From the NCBI GenBank assembly GCA_950097015.1, contig CATNEN010000028.1:558001-622000 (forward strand): DNA of 64,000 bases, given 5' to 3'. How positions within the stretch are numbered: position 1 is the first letter of the stretch; each line of letters opens with the position of its first letter. Shown one piece after another: positions 47,801 through 58,849 of the stretch. Position numbers and translations under genes: made by a program. Under the pieces are notes generated by a model. The model searched no databases. It was not told the DNA's origin and saw only the letters and a list, made by a program, of their open reading frames with translations. The stretch is from Macrostomum hystrix (Eukaryota; Animalia; Platyhelminthes).

Positions 47801-50800
47801 TGTGTCTGTTCTGTCTGGCTGTGTCTGTTCTGTGTGGCTGTGTCTGTTCTGTCTGGCTTTGTCTGTTCTGTCTGGCTGTGTCTGTTTTGTGTGGCTGTGT
47901 CTGTTTTGTGTGGCTGTGTCTGTTTTGTGTGGCTGTGTCTGTTTTGTGTGGCTGTGTCTGTTTTGTGTGGCTGTGTCTGTTTTGTGTGGCTGTGTCTGTT
48001 CTGTCTGGCTCTGTCTGTTCTGTATGGCTGTGTCTGTTCTGTCTGACTGTGTCTGTTTTGTGTGGCTGTGTCTGTTCTGTCTGGCTGTGTCTGTTCTGTC
48101 TGGCTGTGTCTGATCTGTCTGGCTGTGTCTGTTCTGTCAAGCTGTGTCTGTTTTGTGTGGCTGTGTCTGTTTTGTCTGACTGTGTCTGTTCTGTCTGACT
48201 GTGTCTGTTCTGTCTGGCTGTGTCTGTTTTGTGTGGCTGTGCCTGTTTTGTGTGGCTGTGTCTGCTCTGTCTGGCTGTGTCTGTTCTGTCTGGCTGTGTC
48301 TGTTTTGTGTGGCTGTGTCTGTTTTGTGTGGCCTGTGTCTGTTCTGTCTGGCTGTGTCTGTTTTGTGTGGCTGTGTCTGTTTTGTGTGGCTGTGTCTGTT
48401 TTGTGTGGCTGGGTCTGTTTTGTGTGGCTGTGTCTGCTCTGTCTGGCTGTGTCTGTTCTGTCTGGCTGTGTCGGTTTTGTGTGGCTGTGTCTGTTTTGTG
48501 TGGCTGTGTCTGTTCTGTCTGGCTGTGTCTGTTTTGTGTGGCTGTGTCTGTTTTGTGTGGCTGTGTCTGTTTTGTGTGGCTGGGTCTGTTTTGTGTGGCT
48601 GTGTCTGTTCTGTCTGGCTGTGTCTGTTCTGTCAAGCTGTGTCTGTTCTGTCTGGCTGTGTCTGTTCTGTCAAGCTGTGTCTGTTCTATCTGGCTGTGTC
48701 TGTTCTGTCAAGCTGTGTCTGTTCTGTCTGGCTGTGTCTGTTCTGTCAAGCTGTGTCTGTTCTGTCTGGCTGTGTCTGTTCTGTCAAGCTGTGTCTGTTC
48801 TGTCTGGCTGTGTCTGTACTGACAGGTGGTACCTGCACTGCTAACAATGCGATCGCTGACTGCTCGCGTTGCTAAGGATTTCTGGTATAATTTAGCTAAA
48901 TTCTGCAATATACTCAAGAATGTAATCTGATAGACTCAGGATAATGTAAAATAATCCAGTTTTTCGGTCTGACAAAAGGGGCAACGCCCATAGCTAAAAC
49001 GCATCTTGGAAAATGCGTTTTAAAGGTAATTTTCCTTCTTGAAGTCATCAGATACGCATTGAAAATATTGTCAACAAATTTAAAATCCTATGGCTTAATG
49101 CCTTGTTTTTCATGACTTATCTGCTCCATGCCGTCTCCTAAAAGCAGCGAACTATATACACCCGTGGTTTACAATTGAAAACATTGGTGCAACTTACATG
49201 CCTAATATAGGAATAAATTCTCATTGGCTGCAGCCACCGCCAAATAAACAAAACGCCATTAACCCTCGACCTCAAACTATCACATTGTTTAATTTCTTTG
49301 AAGACACCACTTAACCTTCATTAGTTCCATTCCTTTAAACAAAACACCTCTATCCTCACTTCACCCACCTCACTCCCTCGCAAATTACCATTTCGCTTAT
49401 TTACCCACCCCCATCCCCTGCCAGTTTAATTCAGTCCATTCCCCACATCAATCCCGAAGTTTTATTGACTTTAACAAACCCCTCCCCACCAGTTTCAATC
49501 TTCTAAACCACCACCTCCCTCCCCACCAATTCCTATCCTTTTACCACCACGTCCCTCCCTACCAATTACTATCCTTTTTTCCGTCACCTACCTCCTAACC
49601 AATTCCTTTCCTTTTTACCACCACTTCCATCCCCACCAATTCCTATCCTTTTTACCACCACCTCCCTCCCCGCCAATTCATATCCTTTTTACCACCACCT
49701 CCGTCCCCGCCAATTCCTATACTTTTTACCACCACCTCCCTCCCCGCCAATTCCTATCCTTTTTACCACCACCTCCCTCCCCGCCAATTCCTATACTTTT
49801 TACCACCACCTCCCTCCCCGCCAATTCCTACCCTTTTTACCACCACCTCCCTCCCCGCCAATTCCTATCCTTTTTACCACCACCTCCCTCAAACGGCTAA
49901 TTCCTACCCTTTTAACAGCCACATCCCTCGCAGCCAACTCTTATTGTTAAAACCATCACCTCCCTCCCCAATTCCTATCGTTTAAATCACCACCTACCTA
50001 CCCCGCCAACTCTATCCTGTAAACCACAAACTCCCTTCCCTCGCTGATTATATTCCTCCAAGTCCATTCGCTATATTCCCTCGCCAACTATTTTTTCTGA
50101 TTGAAGCTTATCCAAGCTAAATATAACAACCTAACACCCGCCTCAGCCGAGAAATTCGCGAAAAGTGGGACACTGAATTCTTGCGTCAGCGTTGTCACCT
50201 AATCGCCGCTTTGAGCCGCAGCCTTGAATACTTCACGGAGGGCATCCTGTGGAATGAGTCCACGTCTGGCCTGGGACTCATGGACGACGCTATGGAGGCG
50301 AGAATTCGCGCTCTGACAGACGGCCTGCCGCCGCAGGGCAGCTACGGCAGCATGTGGCACACGCCGACTCCCCTGACCCAGCAGGTCCTGGTGCCGCAGC
50401 TGCTGCCGCACGCTAATCTGGTTGTGCAACAGTCGCTGCTAATCCAACTTTCAATTATTGGCTATTCCTTCTACGATGGGGCCAAAGTGCGCTTCAGGTG
50501 TTCGGTAAGCTCACCTGGCTCAGTGAATTATGTTGCCAGCCTAGTCACTAAGCAATTAGTAAGTACTAGTTGATGACTGCAGAACACAGGGAGAGTGAAA
50601 CGTATTCGTAAGAATAGTGAAAATAAAACTAGGAGAAGGAGATCTGTAAGGATAGGGGATAGAGTTGGAGGGACAAGGAGTGAGGTGGGTGAGGGTAGGC
50701 GATGGAGTTGGAGGGACAGGGAGTGAGGTGGGTGAGGGTAGGCGATGGAGTTGGAGGGACAGGGAGTGAGGTGGGTGAGGGTAGGCGATGGAGTTGGAGG

Positions 50801-53800
50801 GACAGGGAGTGAGGTGGGTGACGCTAGGCGATGGAGTTGGAGGGCAGGAAGTGAGGTGGGTGACGCTAGACGATGGAATTCGAGGGACAGGGAGTGAGGT
50901 GGGTGACGCTAGACGATGGAGTTGGAGGGACAGGGAGTGAGGTGGGTGACGCTAGACGATGGAGTTCGAGGGGCAGGGAGTGAGGTGGGTGACGCTAGGC
51001 GATGGAGTTGGAGGGACAAGGAGTGAGGTGGGTGAGGCAAGGCAATGGAATGGGATGGCAGGGAGTGAGGTGGGTGACGCTAGGCGATGGAGTTGGAGGG
51101 ACAGGGAGTGAGGTGGGTGAGGCAAGGCAATGGAATGGGATGGCAGGGAGTGAGGTGGGTGACGCTAGGCGATGGAGTTGGAGGGACAGGGAGTGAGGTG
51201 GTTGAGGGTAGGCGATGGAGTTGGAGGGACAAGGAGTGAGGTGGGTGAGGGTAGGCGATGGAGTTGGAGGGACAAGGAGTGAGGTGGGTGAGGGTAGGCG
51301 ATGGAGTTGGAGGGACAAGGAGTGAGGTGGGTGAGGGTAGGCGATGGAGTTGGAGGGACAGGGAGTCAGGTGGGTGAGGGTAGGCGATGGAGTTGGAGGG
51401 ACAAGGAGTGAGGTGGGTGAGGGTAGGCGATGGAGTGAGACTGACAGGGAGTGGGGTGCGTAAAGGCATAGAAGAGGGAGGTCATGATGGGTATAAAGTT
51501 AATGAGTGAGAAAAAATATATAGTGCTTGCCTTCTAATTAAACTCATTATCGAATAAGCGAGTTTATTGAATTCACAGGAAAAATGTTATTTTCACAATG
51601 AGTTGATGAAATACTGCATCGAGGAACCACAAATTGACCCAGGTTACTGTAGGAAAATTCCAAATTAAACCCTATTTTGTATTTTTTTTCTATCCCATTG
51701 TTAACTGCTTATAAAACAGCAACTTCTAAGCGGCTTCCGCACAATTTTTAGGAATTTGCTGAGGCTGAAAATGAAAGGTAAACGGAGGCATTTTTCTTTT
51801 GATTAACTAACAGGGAAATAGACGCAGAAAAAAGCTCAGAAATGGTTTTTTATTGTTTAACACCTGAACTTACGAAGCTCCTGGCTCCTTCGTAGCCAGA
51901 TTTAGAATTATTTTATTTTACTCTGGACACATTTATCTCGCCCTTCCAAATTACTTCTTCCTTTTCTGTTCAACAATGAGACGAAGCATGGAAGTTACTC
52001 TATGCAATTCAACTTTTAAATCTATCGGCCTATTCTACTCAATTATATAAAGGACATGTTACTGTTCGATGTTTTCTAGACTTTAATTTCACACAACTGG
52101 TCACTCCTCATTTTATTAACCATAAAAATGCATCTGCTATTTGTATGGTCATTATTTGTATGAATTGCAGCAGGAGTCGTCGCTAGAATCGCAGCAAGTG
52201 TAGTCGCTAGAATCGCAGCAGGAGTCGTAGCTAGAATCGCAGCAAGAGTTGTAGCTAGAATCGCAGCAGGAGTCGTAGCTAGAATCGCAGCAGGAGTCGT
52301 AGCTAGAATCGCAGCAGGAGTCGTAGCTAGAATCGCAGCAGGAGTCGTAGCTAGAATCGCAGCAAGAGTTGTAGCTAGAATCGCAGCAGGAGTCGTAGCT
52401 AGAATCGCAGCAAGAGTCGTTGCTAGAATCGCAGCAGGAGTTGTAGCTAGAATCGCAGCAAGTGTTGTCGCTAGAATCTCAGCAGGAGTCGTAGCTAGAA
52501 TCGCAGCAAGTGTTGTCGCTAGAATCTCAGCAGGAGTCGTAGCTAGAATCGCAGCAAGTGTTGTCGCTAGAATCGCAGCAGGAGTCGTAGCTAGAATCGC
52601 AGCAAGAGTTGTAGCTAGAATCGCAGCAGGAGTCGTAGCTAGAATCGCAGCAGGAGTCGTAGCTAGAATCGCAGCAGGAGTCGTAGCTAGAATCGCAGCT
52701 AGAGTTGTAGCTAGAATCGCAGCAGGAGTCGTAGCTAGAATCGCAGCAGGAGTCGTAGCTAGAATCGCAGCAGGAGTCGTAGCTAGAATCGCAGCAGGAG
52801 TCGTAGCTAGAATCGCAGCAAGAGTTGTAGCTAGAATCGCAGCAGGAGTCGTAGCTAGAATCGCAGCAGGAGTCGTCGCTAGAATCGCAGCAAGAGTCGT
52901 CGCTAGAATCGCAGCTAGAGTTGTAGCTAGAATCGCAGCAGGAGTCGTAGCTAGAATCGCAGCAGGAGTCGTAGCTAGAATCGCAGCAGGAGTCGTCGCT
53001 AGAATCGCAGCAAGAGTCGTCGCTAGAATCGCAGCAGGAGTCGTCGCTAGAATCGCAGCAAGAGTCATGGCTAGAATCGCAGCAGGTATCGTAGCTAGAA
53101 TCGTAGCAAGAGTCGTCGCTAGAATCTCAGCTGGAATGGTATCTAGAATCGTAGCTGGAATCGTATCTAGAATCGCAGCTGGAATGGTATCTAGAATCGT
53201 AGCTGGAATCGTATCTAGAATCGCAGCTGGAATGGTATCTAGAATCGCAGCAGGAGTCCGTGCGAAAATGTGGAAAATGTGTCGCAGTCTCGTTAATTGT
53301 TACTAATTGTCATTTGAGCAGCTAACGAGGCATATAAGTTTACAAGCGTTATGCTTGTTCTAAAAGCAAAGCAAAGGGCGCCATCATGTTGCAATTAATT
53401 ACTAAGGGCCTCTCCGTCTTCATGGCGACAGGGGCGGCTTACTTGGGCTGTCTCGCTCGTGTTTATTTACGCAGGCAGCATTGAGATATGCTGGACTATT
53501 GGTCTATCCGTTCGGAAACATTTTTAGTGCATTGAAAGCAAAGTTAAATTATCCAAATTTATATATTTGGTTCTTCGAATATTGTTCGCAAAATGAATTT
53601 TTTAAATGCCTTTTTGAAAAAAACTAATTCGTGGTTAGGTAATCTGAGTAATGTCAGGGGGCGCTAATGGGGCACAAAGGGAGCGCCAACCACCCTATTA
53701 GGGGCGCCAACCACCCTAATAGGGGCGCCAACCACCCTATTATGGGCGCCAACCACCCTATTATGGGCGCCAACCACCCTATTAGGGGCACCAACCACCC

Positions 53801-54979
53801 TATTAGGGGCGCCAACCATCCTATTAGGGGCGCCAACCACCCTAATAGGGGCGCCAACCACCCTATTAGGGGCGCCAACCACCCTATTAGGGGCGCCAAC
53901 CACCCTATTTGGGGCGCCAACCACCCTAATAGGGGCGCCAACCACCCTATTAGGGTCGCCAACCACCCTATTAGGGGCGCCAACTACCCTATTAGGGGCG
54001 CCAACCACCCTAATAGGGGCGCCAACCACCCTATTATGGGCGCCAACCACCCTATTATGGGCGCCAACCACCCTATTAGGGGCACCAACCACCCTATTAG
54101 GGGCGCCAACCATCCTATTAGGGGCGCCAACCACCCTAATAGGGGCGCCAACCACCCTATTAGGGGCGCCAACCACCCTATTAGGGGCGCCAACCACCCT
54201 ATTTGGGGCGCCAACCACCCTAATAGGGGCGCCAACCACCCTATTAGGGTCGCCAACCACCCTATTAGGGGCGCCAACTACCCTAATAGGGGTGCCAACC
54301 ACCCTAATAGGGGCGCCAACTACCTTAATAGGGGCGCCAACCACCCTAATAGGGGCGCCAACCACCCAGCTACACCAGTCAACGCTTGAGGGGCGCCATA
54401 AATTTATGACCAAAATTTAGGGGGGGGTTAAATCCGCCCCTGTGTTTTGCACGTTTTAATTATCCTAAAAATATCGTTTTACAGCAATGCCCCAAAGAAT
54501 GGACCTCGATGAAGGGCCGCATTGTTTTCCACCTGTTCCGCCTGGAGGGCGCCACGCCTCTGCTGGACCCCCAAACCAGCGAGGTGCTGCTGCCGCGCGG
54601 CTACAGCCTGTTCTTCCGGCTGTTCAAGCAGCAGTGCCATGAGACCAAGGGTCACCGGCAGGGGGAGCACACCGTGTTCGAGGAGCCGCAGTGGTACCCG
54701 GAGGAGATCGAAAAGGTTAGTAAACCTAGTGACTTCCATAGGCAAGATTTGTCAGCGCCCGAACCTCACTGCAAAGACGAAGAGGACCAAAATTTTCAGG
54801 TGCTGTACAACGTGTTCTGGCGCATCGGCCAGACCCTCTACAAGGTGAGCATCGGTGACAAGACTGTCCAGATGTGGCGCAGGGCTGGCAATCCAAGCCA
54901 GAAGCACGACAAGAGCAGCTGCCAGGCCTGTCAGCAGGGCTTCTGCCAGGGCAAGTCGGCGGCTTCCACCGGGAATTGA
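44802..54979 (+). CDS. RTP-type 3CxxC zinc-finger protein with an Ala/Gln-rich N-terminus, 6 exons, about 442 aa
   Basis: Exons 44802-45208, 45816-45909, 48826-48884, 50147-50504, 54485-54715, 54800-54979. Phases 2,0,2,0,0 are consistent and sum to 1329 nt. The C-terminus [53 protein letters not shown] matches the zf-3CxxC pattern. The link to the 5' exons is less certain. Confidence 0.75.
45255..45530. repeat. CT-rich low-complexity repeat (CTTCTTCTCCCCCTCAT-like), intronic
   Basis: Degenerate 17-18-bp units. Confidence 0.8.
45915..48820. repeat. 19-bp compound minisatellite (GCTGTGTCTGTTCTGTCTG and variants) filling an intron
   Basis: About 2.9 kb; explains all the Cys/Val-rich ORFs here. 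Confidence 0.97.
49540..49900. repeat. 37-bp minisatellite (CCACCACCTCCCTCCCCGCCAATTCCTATCCTTTTTA)
   Basis: TCCCCGCC recurs at 49741 and 49778. Confidence 0.9.
50660..51450. repeat. 43-bp G-rich minisatellite
   Basis: GATGGAGTTG recurs at 50701 and 50744. Confidence 0.93.
52160..53255 (-). repeat. 12-bp-based satellite family C, locus 2 (24-bp unit GCAGGAGTCGTAGCTAGAATCGCA)
   Basis: Reverse complement of the units at loci 1 and 3. Confidence 0.95.
53655..54442. mobile_element. MITE-like element with an internal 21-bp satellite (GGGGCGCCAACCACCCTATTA)
   Basis: Ends CAGGGGGCG ... CGCCCCTG, with TGT on both flanks. The internal array spans about 53680-54365 and includes a 294-bp higher-order duplication. 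Confidence 0.5.
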
Positions 54980-55017
54980 TGAAGATCGGGTCCCCTAGCA
55001 ACTGCCCTAGCAACTGA

Positions 55018-55040
55018 TTCGAATCCCACCGCTGCCACCA
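55018..55040 (+). other. tRNA-Leu 3' end plus CCA (candidate LTR primer-binding site on the minus strand)
   Basis: TTCGAATCCCACCGCTGCCA-CCA matches the metazoan tRNA-Leu(AAG/TAG) 3' end as recalled, including the post-transcriptional CCA. No 5' tRNA half is present. Confidence 0.6.
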
Positions 55041-56130
55041 CGTAACATGACTACATCCTAGACAAAGGAATTTTCCATCTGAGGATTGTGCAAAATAAAA
55101 AACGGGCGTCGGACAGTTTTTAGTGTTCTGAATGCTGAATAAGTTTCCATGTAAAATACTGAAATGGTGATTGGTCAATAGCTGATCGTTAGGGCTGTGA
55201 TTGATAGCAATGAGGGGCTCATTAAGTTTTTCCCGCTTTTGCCTTTCCTAAGTGATACAGGCTTTTTATTTCTTTTAAAGCAAATTTGCGTTAAATTAAA
55301 ATGACTGTAGATTTGTTTCTTGCGGCAAAGTCAGCGCACTTTTACATAGTTTTATAGTTTTTATGTTGAATCCAATTTATTTATTTGACCGCTCACTCTT
55401 AGAAATTCACGCTCAGTAACCAAACACGCAGAATTCAACATCGTAACAAAAAGCGACGCATATTCTCATTACTACTTATAATGCTCAACAGTAGTGTAGA
55501 AAGGATACTACTAAAAGTTATTTTAGGTTAAAGAAATACAATATCTCATGATCTTTGATCTGTGTTGAATTTGCTTCGTTGTGCAGTCTCGCTTTCCTGT
55601 TGTGTGTGTGTTTTTTAGAAAATTTATTCGTGGTGTTGGCTTGCTCTGCAACTCTGCCATTCCCTGTATTCTCTGTCTATCAATCTTTGGTTCTTGATTT
55701 ATTTAATTCACATTTTTACCAGCCTAGTCGCCCAGAATTGAAGCTATAAGTCCTTCTGAAGTAACTTCTGAAAATAAACTTGTTTTATTGAGTGCGAAAT
55801 TAGCAACTTCGAGTAGGTTAAAATTCTTACTGGCTGTGACAAAATTGAAATGAAATATTTTTATCTGACCTGCTGTCCTTTGCTTATGACTCTGTCTCAT
55901 TGATTGTGCGAATAGTGCTTCTGTATAACATCAGGAACACATTAACTTTCGGACCAAAGCAAAAATGATAGTGAGACTACACGAGAGAGAACGAGAGAGA
56001 ACGAGACAAAACGAGAGAGAATGAGAGAGAAAGGGAGAGAGAGGGAGAGAGGGAGAGAGAGAGAGGGAGAGAGGACACTGCCCATTGAATTTCAAAAATC
56101 TAATGTTGGAATCGATTCCGATATGTATCG

Positions 56131-56240
56131 AAAAAATTGAAATCAGGATTCGAACCAAGGCAAGTCCAGACGCGTTTCGCTCTTATTGGAGCTCATCAGT
56201 AGAGTCTAGCCTAGCGCTCTAGCCATTAGGCTATAGGCGC
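56131..56240 (-). mobile_element. tRNA-derived SINE-like Pol III unit carrying the hammerhead
   Basis: A box TAGCCTAATGG (56233-56223), B box GGTTCGAATCC (56156-56146), T6 run at 56136-56131. The acceptor stem does not pair, so this is not a functional tRNA. Confidence 0.75.
56159..56211 (-). ncRNA. Type I hammerhead ribozyme (minimal stem III)
   Basis: The minus strand reads GGCTAGAC TCTA CTGATGA GCTC caataa GAGC GAAA C GC GTC TGGA CTTGCC. This gives the full core, a 4-bp stem II, a palindromic ACGCGT stem III, a GUC cleavage triplet (C at 56169), and stem I TCTA/TGGA extended by GGCTAG/CTTGCC. Confidence 0.88.
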
Positions 56241-57357
56241 TTGTTCAAATCCAGCCTTCAATCTCAACATATCGTAATCGATTCGGCAGCGCCCCGCAAC
56301 TCAATCCATACTCACTCAACTCCGTGGCACTGACTCGGTCGTACGAGACGCCGGTGCTGGCCTGAGAAAGAGGGAGAGAGGGAGAGAGAGAGTGGGAGAG
56401 AGGAGAGAGGACACTGCCCAAAAACGAGTGAGAGTGAGAGAGAAAGGGAGAGAGGGAGAGAGAACGAGAGAGAACGAGACAAAACGAGAGAGAACGAGAC
56501 AAAACGAGAGAGAACGAGACAGAACAGGAGAGAACGAGAGAGAACGAGAGAGAACAAGAGAAAACGAGAGAGGTAAATGAATAAACGAGAACACTCTAAG
56601 GTCTGTGCAGAACCCAAAATAAACAAATAACCAGTGAAGTCGCAGCCATCAGCTGTCATTTCACGTAAAAAATGCGGATCTAAATTGTCGAGCAGCTTCT
56701 GGTGCTATAGTTGATCTCCTTACACACAACACTGCGCCTCTATTTGACATAATGAAAAACGCCAGAAATAGCAATCAGTAACAGCAAACTACGAGCTAGT
56801 TCGTGACAAAGTGCGGGTGTAATACTTATTCGGTTCAAATATTTGAATAGAATAGTTCTAAACTAGATATCAACAAAGGACAAACAGCGAGACTGAAATT
56901 GTTTTAATGGAGCCTAAACAGATACAATTAAACTACAATCAAAGTGTAACAAAGTTAAAAGCGAATGGCATTTAAAAACCGGATCTAGAAACTAAAAATA
57001 GATTTTACATGTAGATAGACACTGTAGATGTTTGGTCCTCTGGGATCGTTTGAATTGATTCAAGTGAAAGGAGAGACGAATAAGAACTGCTTGAATAAAG
57101 ACAGATTCTGGTCGAGTTAAACGTGTCGCAAATTAAATGAAATTAAGAATACTTAAGCGAAATAAACAAAATACAAAAAGGCGTCTCTACAGGATTCTAA
57201 GAGACTATTCTTCAACACGATGCAACTATCATAGCTAAAGGAAAGACAAACAACTGCAAGCAAATAAGAATGAATGAAAAAGACTGAATAGCGAAAGTTA
57301 ATCAAAGTGCAAATTTACTATTTAGTGAACCGGAGCAGCACACAAACACACAAGCAG

Positions 57358-58437
57358 CTAGTTAAGTCTTCCCCAGCCATCAGAGGCCGTATCAAATATG
57401 TAGTTCTCGCCAAAATTATTATCCCAGAATGTCTGGCCGCTGGTGCAATAGGAGATACAGAATGCAACGCGGGCTGAACTGCCAGCAGCGGCCAGCTCTG
57501 ATACCGTCAGACAGAAGCTGAACTGGTCCGTCACGCCGTTACTTGAGTCAGGAACGTACGCTGCTGCAATGTCCACGCTGGTACGCCAATTGTCGAATGT
57601 GACTTTCAGTGTAACGCACTTTTCAAAGGCCATATTGGCTACGCGAATGTAGCCGCGAATTTCTCGGCTAGCCGGCGCGTAGGACGCCGTCTCCAACACA
57701 ACCTTCTGGGCCATGACTCGGGCGTTGAAGCCTGCTGCATGACCCGGCTGGGAGAATGTTGGTCGCAGGACAATGGCCTGCCGCCGCTGCTGAGCATCGC
57801 CGCCCAGAGCTGCAGTGCTTGCTGGCTCGTCGCTATCCTCACTGCCTGTCTGGTCGCCTAGCTCCAAGTCTCTCGTGGCCTGCGGCGGAATTTCCGGCGG
57901 ACTCTCGGGATCCAGGACGTGCTTCACGTTGGCCAGATCTAGGCCGAACGCGTCAGCGAATCTAACGGCCTTTTTAACCAACGTCGGTGTGCCTGGCGGA
58001 GTCTTCTTCGACTTCAGTGATGAAGATCGCTTGTTCAGTGGGCGCACACTCAGCAGGATTTCATCCTGGCCATTGCTGGCCTCTGTAGGAATGGCACCTT
58101 CGGTCACTGCGGCGACTGTTCGCCCGACAGCCCGCTCGTGTGCCTCGAAGAAGTTCGCCGGGCCGTGTCGAGCCCCGCTCAGCTCAGCTAGAGCCAGGGA
58201 CAGGCTATCGACGCTGCCGCGGCTGGCTGATGAATGGTCATGGCCGGCGACTTCCTCCAGTGACGGCGGGTCGAGCATGACCACTGTGAGCGGAGACGAC
58301 GGACCTCTGCGGCGTCGATCTCTTGGACTGTGCGGCTGCTGCTGTGGAAGCAGTTGTTGATGTTGCTGTTGTTGCTGCTGCTGCTGCTTTTTCTTAGCCA
58401 CGACATTATTGCCGCCGTTCTCTGATGGGCCAGACAT
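57358..58437 (-). CDS. PPP1R3: Protein phosphatase 1 glycogen-targeting regulatory subunit (CBM21), intronless, 359 aa
   Basis: PP1-docking RVxF-type motif KAVRFAD. CBM21 motifs VVLE, IRGYIRVANMAFEK, TFDNW, DQFSF, FWDNNFGENY. Confidence 0.92.
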   Translation of the reverse strand: MSGPSENGGNNVVAKKKQQQQQQQQHQQLLPQQQPHSPRDRRRRGPSSPLTVVMLDPPSLEEVAGHDHSSASRGSVDSLSLALAELSGARHGPANFFEAHERAVGRTVAAVTEGAIPTEASNGQDEILLSVRPLNKRSSSLKSKKTPPGTPTLVKKAVRFADAFGLDLANVKHVLDPESPPEIPPQATRDLELGDQTGSEDSDEPASTAALGGDAQQRRQAIVLRPTFSQPGHAAGFNARVMAQKVVLETASYAPASREIRGYIRVANMAFEKCVTLKVTFDNWRTSVDIAAAYVPDSSNGVTDQFSFCLTVSELAAAGSSARVAFCISYCTSGQTFWDNNFGENYIFDTASDGWGRLN

Positions 58438-58849
58438 GACCAATTCAGGCCGTCACCACTCTCTTAACTTATCACTTTCTATAGATTTTTAGAGGCTCCT
58501 TTATTAACTTTTTAGCTGCAGTACCGGCCTAACCCAGATCGGGCATGCCGCTTCCTTGAATCCAGGATCTGAAAGCATTCCAATAAAAATTAAATTTTTT
58601 TTGAACTCTTCAATTTAGACTTTTAAGTCACTCTGGATGAATCATTATAAGCCATAGACATATTATTAGAGAATTTTAGTATCTACCTATGAAAATGATA
58701 AACAGTACCAATCTTTCAATAGTAGCTATTTTAATCATTTTGGCCATAGACTAGAGAAATCTACTGAAATACATTCTACAAGAGGGCTCAGGTTAAGATT
58801 TATTGAAAGACATGATTTTAACTCCAAAACTTGCCAACCATTCAAGAGT

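Larger units (their letters stand above)
55980..56575. repeat. GA-rich simple repeats flanking the hammerhead unit
   Basis: (GA)n and AACGAGAG tracts at about 55980-56075 and 56365-56575. Confidence 0.85.

Noticed and set aside
45893-48875. Cys/Val-rich ORFs up to 599 aa resembling metallothionein or keratin-associated proteins
   Set aside because: Translations of a 19-bp satellite, open in several frames on both strands and lying inside an intron.
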